This document shows positions 49,438-57,844 of a stretch of 64,000 bases of DNA, piece by piece; within the stretch, counting starts at the first letter, position 1; each line of letters starts with the position of its first letter. The notes under the pieces were generated by a model. That model ran no database searches and had not been told where the DNA came from. It was given only the letters and a program-made list of their open reading frames with translations. Position numbers and translations under genes: made by a program. Origin of the DNA: a virus; the IMG/VR virus record IMGVR_UViG_3300037111_000040, positions 32,001-96,000 of that record. One strand, 5' to 3'.

Positions 49438-49946
49438 TATCTTCCCCAAACTAACGCCGTGTGCGGCAACTGTCTGTCGTCGAGGATGCCAAACCTGAAT
49501 CCTGTAACCGCAGCGTGATAGCGCTCCCAGTCGTGTACGAGAACGCTTGCTCTTCTTGGTTGCCGGGACGAGATGTACTTCAGCGTTTCAATACGCCGTT
49601 CGGCTTTGTCGGAATTGTCGACGAAAATCAAATCAAAATTCTCTAAATCAAAGTCGTCGAGAAATGGTTCGATGGGCTCTGGATGGATATGAATTTTGTG
49701 CCGCGCGTCCTCTGACTGCTGAATCCATCCACGGTCGCTTTCGACTGAGACTAAGGTATCAAGAAAGGGAAACAGGGCTGAGTTGAGGAATGTTGGCGTA
49801 GAGTATCTCCCCATACCAAGTTCCAAAACCCTCGTCGCCCAGCCGCAGGTTCTCAGCAGCGGGAGGTGAGAAGCCCAATTGTTACAGGCCGTCTGCTTCC
49901 ACGCTTCCGAAGCTTCCGTCATGCTCACGATTACCAATTTGTCCAC
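49437..49946 (-). CDS. Methyltransferase-fold protein
   Basis: 'SHLPLL','VLELGMGRYST','DLIFVD','VHD'. Confidence 0.7.
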   Translation of the reverse strand: MDKLVIVSMTEASEAWKQTACNNWASHLPLLRTCGWATRVLELGMGRYSTPTFLNSALFPFLDTLVSVESDRGWIQQSEDARHKIHIHPEPIEPFLDDFDLENFDLIFVDNSDKAERRIETLKYISSRQPRRASVLVHDWERYHAAVTGFRFGILDDRQLPHTALVWGR

Positions 49947-50554
49947 TCCTTTCGCCTCGTGGCGTTATAGAAATCCCGCTCTGGATTAGGTCCCGGACCT
50001 TCGTACCAAGGAAGGTGCTCGAACTGATATGGCGGAGCCAATCTGCAACCTTGGAGCCCATTATCCCAAGCGCGCGGCATCGTTCCCTCCTCATACATCG
50101 AGAAAGTTGTATCGAGATTGGCCTCAAACCCTCCATCTACAGGACGCTGCCACCATTGCTGCTCCCAAGCGATAACCCTATTTTTAGCATCGTAACAGTC
50201 GGGAAGGTTGTCGATACGAAGTGACGGCCCGACCGTACTGTATCCCCTGTCCATCATTAGGCTCATACGCTCAAGGAGGTCTCTGGGACAGTTCGCGCAG
50301 GGAACAACATCTGGGTCCGTGACGATGAACCTTCTTGCTGCTTGATGAAAGCCAAGTTCCCAAAACGCATAAGGCCCAAGATTCTTCTCGCAACGGACTA
50401 TGGGAAAATGCGCGGCCTCGTAATACCTAAGCAGCGGCTCCCATGTCGATGCATTGTCGATGACAGTGAAGGGAACATCAGCCTCGATGAGCCAATCAAC
50501 AAGACGGCTAAACCCTCGATTTAGGTTATTGAAATTGGTGATCCACACACTCAT
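49931..50554 (-). CDS. GT2-like glycosyltransferase
   Basis: 'IDNASTW','NLG','VTDPD','DTTF','HLPWY'. Confidence 0.75.
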   Translation of the reverse strand: MSVWITNFNNLNRGFSRLVDWLIEADVPFTVIDNASTWEPLLRYYEAAHFPIVRCEKNLGPYAFWELGFHQAARRFIVTDPDVVPCANCPRDLLERMSLMMDRGYSTVGPSLRIDNLPDCYDAKNRVIAWEQQWWQRPVDGGFEANLDTTFSMYEEGTMPRAWDNGLQGCRLAPPYQFEHLPWYEGPGPNPERDFYNATRRKEWTNW

Positions 50555-51789
50555 TTCACCGCGTCCCGAAACCACTTCTCCCACGCAACCCAATTGTTCT
50601 TCCACTCGTAGCGCGGATCGAGATGCGTTCGCTTTCCGATCCATTCGTTCGCCTTCGCCGCCCAATTTTCTGCGTTGTAAACAGGGCGCTTGGTGCCAAA
50701 TGATCCCGCATGGTAAAACGCTGCACTTCCCGAACCGTCAACCATCGGATCGACTTGCATTTCCTTTGGGACAAAATCCGCTGCGCCAGCGTAAGAGCCA
50801 GTGATCACGGGAGTGCCGCAGGCGAGACTTTCGGCTAACGGGAGTCCAAAACCCTCGGGTCCGATTCCGAGCATGAGGTCGCAGGCGGATAGTGCTTCTG
50901 CCATTTTTTGATCGGTAATTTGGCCCAAGCTGATTATCGTTTTGTCGATCATCCCGTAGTCGCACAATAGCGCTGGTATACTCCAAAATCGCTCGAATGC
51001 ATCTGTGTGCGCCCAAAGGCGGACCTTGCGATTTCTGGCAAGTATCGCCGCCGTTTCGATACCCAACGCCCAATTTTTGCGATCCTGATTTGTGGCGACT
51101 ATGGAAATCAGGCATTCATCTTCCGTGATGGGGCCGTGATCCTCCATAATCTGCTGCCCGCCCGTGATCTGGAAGAACATGTGACGGCAAAGAGCGCGGT
51201 TTCTCTCGTAAAAGACATCGCCATCAAAGCCGTGTGGCAAATTTGTCAGATGACGCTCAGCCGCTTGCTTATCGCCGATGGTTCTGCATAGGACGCCTTC
51301 ACCAAACGGACCGTAGGCCAGCAGACGGTCGAAGCCCAGCGCCGTCCGCATAAGGGGAAACGAGAGCCTGTCGTTCGGGCCTGAGCCGTCTATTGGCACG
51401 TACCCAAAGAGCTTGAACGGACGTTTGACGAGCCACTGGCGCAATTCCGGATTCTTGAGCACGGCGGCTTCAGAGTATTTTGGCTGCGCAATCCAATCTA
51501 AGCGCGATAGGTCCCAAATAGTGCAGATGATACCCGGTTCGTTCCCAGCAAAATCCTCCCAGACTTCAGGAAGTGTTGGGATGGCCCACTCCTGCATTCC
51601 CTCGATCACATAATTTACGAAACCGAATCTGCGGGAGCCCGGTCCGCCGTGGCCTAAGACTCCGACTCTGTAGACATCCGTCAAATGCTCGTGCGCCCTT
51701 GTCGTGAGGTCTCGGCATATCCTGCCGAGGCCACTCGACGATGACGGACTATCGGAAATAAAGAGGAGCGGCGTGGGTTGCTCAGCCAT
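50551..51789 (-). CDS. GT-B (GT4-like) glycosyltransferase
   Basis: 'SDSP...SGLGR','NQDRKN','EGFGLPLAESLACGTPVI'. Confidence 0.85.
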   Translation of the reverse strand: MAEQPTPLLFISDSPSSSSGLGRICRDLTTRAHEHLTDVYRVGVLGHGGPGSRRFGFVNYVIEGMQEWAIPTLPEVWEDFAGNEPGIICTIWDLSRLDWIAQPKYSEAAVLKNPELRQWLVKRPFKLFGYVPIDGSGPNDRLSFPLMRTALGFDRLLAYGPFGEGVLCRTIGDKQAAERHLTNLPHGFDGDVFYERNRALCRHMFFQITGGQQIMEDHGPITEDECLISIVATNQDRKNWALGIETAAILARNRKVRLWAHTDAFERFWSIPALLCDYGMIDKTIISLGQITDQKMAEALSACDLMLGIGPEGFGLPLAESLACGTPVITGSYAGAADFVPKEMQVDPMVDGSGSAAFYHAGSFGTKRPVYNAENWAAKANEWIGKRTHLDPRYEWKNNWVAWEKWFRDAVK

Positions 51790-51796
51790 GCGCTTG

Positions 51797-51825
51797 AAGA
51801 TAGTTTGGATGCTGTTCACTGTCAA
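51797..51825 (-). promoter_or_regulatory. Sigma70 promoter giving a leaderless GT operon transcript
   Basis: TTGACA-17-TATCTT-7 nt-ATG on the minus strand. Confidence 0.7.
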
Positions 51826-51879
51826 GTGAATAAAAGATCGCAATTGACACAAAAACTGCTTTGTGAAACAGTATCGTCC

Positions 51880-52059
51880 ATGAGACTAGGAACTGTTCTT
51901 CGCAAGTGGCGAGCGATGGAAGAGAAAAGTGTACGCGAGGTAGCCAAGGAAATCGGCACCTCCTCAGCCACTCTCAACCGCATCGAGCACGACAAACCGT
52001 GCGAGTCTGGCACGCTGGCGAAGGTACTTCTATGGCTGATAGGCAAAGAGAAAAAGTGA
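51880..52059 (+). CDS. XRE-family HTH protein
   Basis: 'LRKWR...SVREVAKEIGTSSATLNRIE'. Confidence 0.8.
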   Translation: MRLGTVLRKWRAMEEKSVREVAKEIGTSSATLNRIEHDKPCESGTLAKVLLWLIGKEKK

Positions 52060-52071
52060 CGGGAGGGACAA

Positions 52072-52419
52072 ATGGACTGGAAAGCGTGGGCAAAGAAGCA
52101 GGAAGAGGACGGAACGGCTGAGGTTCACACGCCGACAGAACTTCAGTTCGCCGAGACAGGCGATGGTCCTTGGGCGCTGTACATCTACGGGCGCGCCGGA
52201 TTCCATACCGGGAAAGTCTGGTTCCGCAAAGGACCAATGAAGTACCCTGACGAGGAAATCACCGCCACCGAAGCCAAGGAGCGCGTGGAGAAGGCCATTG
52301 GTGACGGGCGCGAAGTTCGCATCTGCAACGGCGGCGACATGCTCGTCTTCCACTCCGAGCGCGGTGTGGTGCTCTATCCAGACAGCGCCGAGGAGTTCTG
52401 GAAGGCGGTAGGCGTGTGA
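52072..52419 (+). CDS. Hypothetical protein
   Basis: GGAGG RBS; 115 aa. Confidence 0.65.
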   Translation: MDWKAWAKKQEEDGTAEVHTPTELQFAETGDGPWALYIYGRAGFHTGKVWFRKGPMKYPDEEITATEAKERVEKAIGDGREVRICNGGDMLVFHSERGVVLYPDSAEEFWKAVGV

Positions 52420-53189
52420 TGAGGCTGTTCGATCCGTTTCAGTACGTCCCTACTGACCGTCGAGGCACTCCTCCAGAGCAAGCCTTCGACAATATGGTCG
52501 AATCGTATGCGTACAGCGTGCAGGGAAAGAGGGGTGATGGGCGTCCTCCGCTCCGAATGGGGGTTTCGGCTATTCCAGTCGAAGACGCTAGGCGTCTGTT
52601 CGTCCATTACGTTTCGTACTGGGAGGGATTCTATCGCAACGTGAGCCAAGCTCTGAACGATCACATGTCGATCTGCACGAGCCCGCCTCCGATCTTCGCG
52701 GAAATGAGAAAGGGCGATATGCGTAGCCTGTTCTCTCAAGGATACGTGGTGAACGCGGATCGCCGGAGCGGGAAGACACAAGCACTCTTCGACGAGGCCG
52801 ACGAGGTTTCACGGGCAACATCCAGCAGGATTGCCATCGTAGCACCGCGCAAAGATTACATCATGGCCGAAGCAGTGAAGAGACGCTTGGAGCACGCGAC
52901 GCCGGGACAATTCAACAGGCTGGAGTTCATTGGTGAGGATGAACTACATAAGCTGGATGGGCTGAGTCGAGATGTGATGGTGGACGAATGGTGGCATCTT
53001 TCCGAACGGACGCGTGAAACACTCGCGGACAGATTCAACATCATGGCGGCGGTTGGGACATTGCCGCATGGCGCGCGGATACCAATCACATCTCGCGCAC
53101 TGCGGGACGAAGACGGCTACTACGGCAGGAAGCCGGACACCTACAACCCGTTAGCGATGGCACGGGTCGAAAGAGAGGATAGGTACTAA
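52416..53189 (+). CDS. Protein with short P-loop NTPase-like domain
   Basis: 'RRSGKT' Walker A-like, 'VMVDE' Walker B-like. Confidence 0.55.
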   Translation: MMRLFDPFQYVPTDRRGTPPEQAFDNMVESYAYSVQGKRGDGRPPLRMGVSAIPVEDARRLFVHYVSYWEGFYRNVSQALNDHMSICTSPPPIFAEMRKGDMRSLFSQGYVVNADRRSGKTQALFDEADEVSRATSSRIAIVAPRKDYIMAEAVKRRLEHATPGQFNRLEFIGEDELHKLDGLSRDVMVDEWWHLSERTRETLADRFNIMAAVGTLPHGARIPITSRALRDEDGYYGRKPDTYNPLAMARVEREDRY

Positions 53190-53338
53190 ATGACATGCAG
53201 CAAGTAGAGGATCAAGAGCAGGACCAAGATGGTGCCGATTCCAATGCCAGCGCCGCCGCCCGGACCCCACTGTGTATTACCCCAGTAGCCGCCGCCGAAA
53301 CCGAAAATCAACACCAACACGATAACGAGGATAAGCAT
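53186..53338 (-). CDS. Small membrane protein, DUF3309-like
   Basis: MLILVIVLVLIFGFGGGYWG...GIGTILVLLLILYLL; AGGAGG RBS; hand-translated. Confidence 0.7.
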   Translation of the reverse strand: MLILVIVLVLIFGFGGGYWGNTQWGPGGGAGIGIGTILVLLLILYLLHVI

Positions 53339-53348
53339 TTCGAACCTC

Positions 53349-53522
53349 CTAGCTGAAGTTTTCTTTTATCCACGCTGTGACGCGTTCGAGAATAGTCGGA
53401 TCGTGAACAATGACTTCGACGACCGGCGCGGGGTTTTGAACAATGATTTTTGTGACCGCTGTGTTTTTCTTTGTGGCTACAGGTTTCTTGACAACGATCT
53501 TGGGCTTCTTCGTCTTTGGCAC
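53349..53522 (-). CDS. Small hypothetical protein
   Basis: GGAGG RBS, GTG start, 57 aa; hand-translated. Confidence 0.55.
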   Translation of the reverse strand: MPKTKKPKIVVKKPVATKKNTAVTKIIVQNPAPVVEVIVHDPTILERVTAWIKENFS

Positions 53523-53539
53523 ATCATCCTCCTATGAGG

Positions 53540-53701
53540 TTAGTGACCGATGTGAAGCGGCAGGATTCCGTTGAACAGGATGGAGGCCACGAAGAACGCA
53601 AATGCAGCCCAACCGAGGCTCCAGCGCTGCGGAGGGTTCGGAACACCGAGCGCCGCAAGGATCGCTAAAACTAAAGCGAAAACGAGCAGGATCGTTGACA
53701 T
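53540..53701 (-). CDS. Small two-TM membrane protein
   Basis: GAGGTG RBS; MSTILLVFALVLAILAALG...LGWAAFAFFVASILF. Confidence 0.65.
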   Translation of the reverse strand: MSTILLVFALVLAILAALGVPNPPQRWSLGWAAFAFFVASILFNGILPLHIGH

Positions 53702-53926
53702 AGTTCACCTCAAGCCGATTATATGCTAAGATTGCGATGGATGGCTGTTCACTACTGAACATTTTGAGCACATGGCGGCGCAGTGTTTCCAGAAGCCCGA
53801 TTCGAATCCCCCCATCTGCGGGGTTCACAACGTTCGGCTTGTTCCAAGTGATGTGCCTTTCGATGGGAAGAAGATCGCCTGTCTGCGTTGTCCAGTGAGC
53901 CGATTCGTGGTGGACGAAGAAAAACG

Positions 53927-53955
53927 TTGACAACCCACCAATTCCATGGAATGAT
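53927..53955 (+). promoter_or_regulatory. Promoter of tRNA operon 1
   Basis: TTGACA-17-AATGAT with TG extension. Confidence 0.65.
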
Positions 53956-53964
53956 GGTTTCGCT

Positions 53965-54033
53965 ATGAAGACAGTGTGCCTCAGTTCGCTCTCCTCGTAT
54001 AGCTCATTACTGAGCGGTGGCGGGGGTTCGTGA
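53965..54033 (+). CDS. Leader peptide 1 MKTVCLSSLSSYSSLLSGGGGS (putative attenuator)
   Basis: Codons 5-17 are all Cys/Leu/Ser/Tyr, matching the downstream tRNAs. Confidence 0.8.
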   Translation: MKTVCLSSLSSYSSLLSGGGGS

Positions 54034-54062
54034 ACTGAGTCCAAAGTGGAATTCAGTCAGCG

Positions 54063-54087
54063 GCCTCCGAGAAATCGGGGGCTTTTT
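54063..54087 (+). terminator. Attenuator terminator before tRNA operon 1
   Basis: GCCTCCGA-GAAA-TCGGGGGC-TTTTT. Confidence 0.85.
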
Positions 54088-54094
54088 AGTTTGT

Positions 54095-54171
54095 GCCCGT
54101 GTACGCCAAATGGCAGAGCGCGACTTCTTAAAAAGGTCGGGATGGGGTTTCGAGTACCCCTGCGGGCACCA
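54095..54171 (+). tRNA. tRNA-Leu(TAA), short variable loop
   Basis: Cloverleaf, loop CTTAAAA, CCA end. Confidence 0.8.
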
Positions 54172-54172
54172 T

Positions 54173-54248
54173 GGATCGGTGGCGAAGTGTTAAACGCGGC
54201 AAGCTGCAACCTTGCTAATCGCTGGTTAAAATCCGGCCCGGTCCTCCA
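54173..54248 (+). tRNA. tRNA-Cys(GCA)
   Basis: Loop CTGCAAC, U73, CCA. Confidence 0.85.
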
Positions 54249-54256
54249 AGTTTCAC

Positions 54257-54333
54257 GCGCGAGTAGGCAAACAGGCAAAGCCGCCAGATCGAGGGTCTGG
54301 TGTTTGGGGATTCGATTTCCCCCTCGCGCACCA
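54257..54333 (+). tRNA. tRNA-Leu(GAG), short variable loop
   Basis: Loop TCGAGGG, A73, CCA. Confidence 0.8.
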
Positions 54334-54334
54334 C

Positions 54335-54414
54335 GGGCAGGTACGCAAATTTGGCAAAGCGGCAGTCTTCAGACGGCTGTGATTTTGTGGATTCGAATTC
54401 CACTCTGCCCACCA
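54335..54414 (+). tRNA. tRNA-Leu(CAG)
   Basis: Loop TTCAGAC, CCA. Confidence 0.8.
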
Positions 54415-54448
54415 AAGATTTGAACCATGATGGTATAATTGAACCATC

Positions 54449-55189
54449 ATGAAGTACACAAAGGAAATTCTCGAACAGGCCGTGAAAGAAAGTTTTTCAA
54501 TGGCAGACGTATTGAGAAAATGCGGAGCACCAAATCTGGCTGGTGGAACATCTCACCATGTTTCGAAGAGGATTAAGGAATATGGGATCAGCACAAGCCA
54601 CTTCATCGGAAAGCGTTGGCATTTAGGAAAGCCCAGTTTGAATCGAAGGGAAGCCGATTCATATTTGGTTTACCATGCAGACCTGAAAAGGCAGAGAGCA
54701 AAGGTGCTTGTGCGTTCGCTGCTCGACATTGGACGGCCATATAAGTGTTATGTTTGTGGGCTTCGCGAGTGGCGTGGAAAGAAACTGATTCTTGAGATAG
54801 AACACAAGGATGGAAACTTCCAAAACGATGTAGAGGAAAACCTAGAGTTTATTTGCCCCAATTGTCATTCCCAAACTCTTACATTTTCTCGCAGAAAGGA
54901 TTCGAAGCAATTCCTCCCACCTAAGCTCAGGCCAAAGAGGCAAGGGAGAGAGGTCAGGCACCCGTCTTCGGACGGTTACTGGAGAACAAGGGACAAGCCG
55001 CGTTTGAGAAAAGTGGACCGACCGAGCCCTGTAGAATTGCAATCCTTATTGCAAACGTTGCCGATGATAAAGATTGGTGAAAAATTCGGAGTCTCTGACA
55101 ACGCTGTTAGGAAGTGGATTCGGCGATATGGCATGGAGATGCCCAAGGTTTTCGGCAGGAGTCGTGGCAATAAGGATGTGCGCGTGTAG
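54449..55189 (+). CDS. HNH endonuclease with HTH modules
   Basis: 'CYVCG...LEIEHKDGN...NLEFICPNCHSQT'; C-terminal HTH 'IGEKFGVSDNAVRKW'. Confidence 0.88.
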   Translation: MKYTKEILEQAVKESFSMADVLRKCGAPNLAGGTSHHVSKRIKEYGISTSHFIGKRWHLGKPSLNRREADSYLVYHADLKRQRAKVLVRSLLDIGRPYKCYVCGLREWRGKKLILEIEHKDGNFQNDVEENLEFICPNCHSQTLTFSRRKDSKQFLPPKLRPKRQGREVRHPSSDGYWRTRDKPRLRKVDRPSPVELQSLLQTLPMIKIGEKFGVSDNAVRKWIRRYGMEMPKVFGRSRGNKDVRV

Positions 55190-55265
55190 CAAAACGGAAA
55201 AGCGCCGGTTTTAGGCACCGGAGGGGTAACACCCATTGCGAGTTCGAGTCTCGCCACGCGCACCA
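55180..55265 (+). tRNA. tRNA-Leu(TAG)
   Basis: Loop TTTAGGC, long variable arm, CCA. Confidence 0.85.
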
Positions 55266-55270
55266 AGTTT

Positions 55271-55348
55271 GCGGATGTGAAGGGAAACGGAATACCTCTG
55301 AAGCTCAAACCTTCAGGCTTATCGGTTCGAGGCCGATCATCCGCACCA
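55271..55348 (+). tRNA. tRNA-Leu(CAA), short variable loop
   Basis: Loop CTCAAAC, CCA. Confidence 0.8.
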
Positions 55349-55356
55349 AGTTTTAC

Positions 55357-55442
55357 GGAGCGCGGGCAGGATGGTAATGCAACGGCTTGCTAAGCCGCAC
55401 AACCGCGAGGTTGACAGTGTTCGATTCACTGGCGCTCCGCCA
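55357..55442 (+). tRNA. tRNA-Ser(GCT)
   Basis: Anticodon GCT, long variable arm, G73, CCA. Confidence 0.88.
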
Positions 55443-55451
55443 TATTTTTAC

Positions 55452-55538
55452 GGAAGGGTGAGCGGAACGGTATCGCCCCCGGCTGGAAACCGGGTCACGT
55501 GAAAGCGTGTGCAGGTTCGACTCCTGTCCCTTCCGCCA
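55452..55538 (+). tRNA. tRNA-Ser(GGA)
   Basis: Loop CTGGAAA, long arm, CCA. Confidence 0.88.
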
Positions 55539-55543
55539 GTTTT

Positions 55544-55631
55544 GGAAGCGTTGGGCATTTGGCAGGCCCACCCCGTTCGAAGCGGGACACACCTTCGGGT
55601 GTTGAGCGTTCGACTCGCTCCGCTTCCGCCA
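55544..55631 (+). tRNA. tRNA-Ser(CGA)
   Basis: Anticodon CGA, long arm, CCA. Confidence 0.85.
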
Positions 55632-55637
55632 AGTTTT

Positions 55638-55727
55638 GGATGGTTGGCAGAGTCTGGTTGATCGCGCTGGCCTTGAGTACCAGTAGACCGAAGGGTCTCG
55701 GGGGTTCGAATCCCTCACCATCCGCCA
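55638..55727 (+). tRNA. tRNA-Ser(TGA)
   Basis: Loop CTTGAGT, long arm, CCA. Confidence 0.85.
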
Positions 55728-55831
55728 GTTTGTAAGGGGGAGATTGACAGGTCGTGCAACAACGGTGAAGCAGTACCAGACTCCCCCTTTGGCGGCATCA
55801 TGAGGCCGTCCTGAACGGAAGTTTACCACGT

Positions 55832-55922
55832 GCGTTGGCTGGAGAGACGGTGGACTCTACCAGACTGTAAATCTGGATCATCTTCGATGACGCTGCAGGT
55901 TCAAATCCTGCCCAACGCACCA
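55832..55922 (+). tRNA. tRNA-Tyr(GTA)
   Basis: Loop CTGTAAA, long arm, CCA. Confidence 0.88.
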
Positions 55923-55947
55923 GAATTTCTGCGCTATACTCTGGCAC

Positions 55948-56331
55948 ATGCGAACGTATCGGTTTCAGACGACGTGGTCCCCGATGGACGATGACGATCT
56001 CCAGAATAACTTCGTGAGAATGAGGAAGAAATACTGGATAAAGCGTGGCCTTTGGATTCCAGAGAACGTGAAAACAGTTTTCCGGCACATACGTGACACA
56101 ACTGTGTGGCAGAACCATCCGTGTGGCCAACTTGATACTCTTCGAAGAGGCTACAAGATAGTTGTCTCTCCACCATTGGCGTTCATCTACTGTGTTGCGC
56201 ATATTACCCTCCTGCATGAAATGGCGCACCTTTATCGAATTGCGAACTTCAACGATCACAGTCACGGAGATGGGTTCAAGAAGGAGATCGACCGCCTCTA
56301 TGCCGCAGATGCATTTAGAAAGCTAATTTGA
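55948..56331 (+). CDS. SprT-like zinc metallopeptidase
   Basis: 'TLLHEMAH...HG..FKKE..RL'. Confidence 0.7.
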   Translation: MRTYRFQTTWSPMDDDDLQNNFVRMRKKYWIKRGLWIPENVKTVFRHIRDTTVWQNHPCGQLDTLRRGYKIVVSPPLAFIYCVAHITLLHEMAHLYRIANFNDHSHGDGFKKEIDRLYAADAFRKLI

Positions 56332-56334
56332 TTT

Positions 56335-56877
56335 ATGCTACACTCCTGTCATTCCGTGGCAACACGGAAATACTTACGCAGGAGAAAATCAATGAACCCC
56401 ATCAGCTTCCGTAACTCGAAGATCGTTTACTATGGCCCCCACACATGCGAAAATTGCGGCGTTTTCATCGTCAAGATGGGAACAGAGTGGGGCGGAAACG
56501 CGTTCACCAACCCAGAAGGTCCGATCTACCCAAACACAGAGTGGTTCCCACACGTTTGCGATCAGCAGTTAGTTCGCCAGCGCAAGGGCATGTCTGCGGC
56601 CAGCCGGGTCAGAGATGATTTCCCACTTGCACATGCGATCATGCTCAACAACGTCGGTCATGTGATTCTCGGGGAACCATGCAACCCACAACATAAGCAC
56701 GCCCTTGTTGTGAGTGAAAATAAGCACTACTATGACACGGAAGATGCGGCATGGGTTGGTGCTTTGAATCGGATTCTCAATGACTGGCCGACGTCGCACA
56801 TCGATCTGAGTATGTACGGGGTCCACACTCGATTGACAGATGATCTGGCTACCCTGCCACAGTGCCCGTCAGAGTAA
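56335..56877 (+). CDS. Hypothetical protein (probable start 56392)
   Basis: AGGAG RBS before 'MNPISF'; CxxC motif. Confidence 0.55.
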   Translation: MLHSCHSVATRKYLRRRKSMNPISFRNSKIVYYGPHTCENCGVFIVKMGTEWGGNAFTNPEGPIYPNTEWFPHVCDQQLVRQRKGMSAASRVRDDFPLAHAIMLNNVGHVILGEPCNPQHKHALVVSENKHYYDTEDAAWVGALNRILNDWPTSHIDLSMYGVHTRLTDDLATLPQCPSE

Positions 56878-56915
56878 TTCTTGCACGCGCGCAGGTTCCG
56901 TGGTACTGTAAATAG

Positions 56916-56992
56916 CGCGTGGTGGAGAAGCGGTCTATCTCGCCAGCCTCATAAGCTGGAGATCGAGGGTTCGAATCCCTCCCTCGCAACCA
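56916..56992 (+). tRNA. tRNA-Met(CAT), initiator-like
   Basis: C1:A72 mismatch, loop CTCATAA, CCA. Confidence 0.8.
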
Positions 56993-56998
56993 TTTTTT

Positions 56999-57073
56999 GC
57001 GGGCGTATCCTAACGGTCAGGTACTGCACTGTCTATGCAGTTCAAGCGGGTTCAACTCCCGTCGCTCGCGCCA
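56999..57073 (+). tRNA. tRNA-Asp(GTC)
   Basis: Loop CTGTCTA, G73, CCA. Confidence 0.82.
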
Positions 57074-57077
57074 TCTT

Positions 57078-57155
57078 GTCCTGTTCGTCTAGTCTGGCCA
57101 AGGACGTGACCCTCTCAAGGTCAAAACGGCGGTTCAAATCCGCTACGGGACGCCA
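57078..57155 (+). tRNA. tRNA-Glu(CTC)
   Basis: Loop CTCTCAA, CCA. Confidence 0.88.
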
Positions 57156-57161
57156 AGCTGT

Positions 57162-57241
57162 GGGGTAGTAGAAGGTGTCTGGAATCTTTCACCTGACTTT
57201 CACTCAGGAGTTCGCGGGTTCGAATCCCGTCTGCCCCACCA
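57162..57241 (+). tRNA. tRNA-Glu(TTC)
   Basis: Loop CTTTCAC, enlarged D loop, CCA. Confidence 0.8.
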
Positions 57242-57244
57242 TAT

Positions 57245-57802
57245 ATGAACGGTGACTCCTCAATTTGCAACAAATGTGGTAAGTCTGAGCCAGAGGTCAC
57301 ATTTGCGCTGCGCCTCGTAGGCGGGAGACAGTATCCGAAATATATTTGTCGAAGCTGTGATACTAAACGTAAACAAATTTGGCGGCGGTCGCGTGGAAGA
57401 ACAGAAACGATAAGGTTGTCAGCGATGATTCGCCAAAGGCGCGAAAGAACAGATCGAGAGCAGATACCGCGTGTGATAGTCGTTGACTGTCGGCGATCAG
57501 ATAAGAAAAAAGGATTTGTTTGTGACCTCACGATTGAGTTCGTGAAAGAATCCATAAAAGATGGTTGCTCTTATTGTGGGGAGATAAGAATACGCGTCGG
57601 CTTAGATCGCATCGACAATGCGTTGGGCCACTCTCAGAATAACGTCGTAGCGTGCTGTGGGCGCTGTAATTATCTCCGGAGAGATATGCCCTATGCGGCA
57701 TGGATGATGCTGGTTCCACAGGTGAGAAAAATCCGAGAATCTGGGGCTTTTGGAGACTGGGATGGGTTCGGCAGATATCGAAAGGGAAAAAATAATCTGT
57801 AA
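57245..57802 (+). CDS. HNH-type endonuclease
   Basis: 'CSYCG...GLDRIDN..GH...NVVACCGRCN'. Confidence 0.85.
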   Translation: MNGDSSICNKCGKSEPEVTFALRLVGGRQYPKYICRSCDTKRKQIWRRSRGRTETIRLSAMIRQRRERTDREQIPRVIVVDCRRSDKKKGFVCDLTIEFVKESIKDGCSYCGEIRIRVGLDRIDNALGHSQNNVVACCGRCNYLRRDMPYAAWMMLVPQVRKIRESGAFGDWDGFGRYRKGKNNL

Positions 57803-57844
57803 AACCTCTTGACAAATTCTGCGCTTTCCTTCACTATGCTGAAT

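Noticed and set aside
55745-55780. SRP RNA domain IV resemblance (CAGG...AGCAG)
   Set aside because: Spacing and apical stem do not fit; kept only as an unassigned hairpin.
54046-55829. ORFs 54046-54423, 55353-55829 and similar across tRNA clusters
   Set aside because: They are translations of tRNA genes with no RBS or protein motifs.
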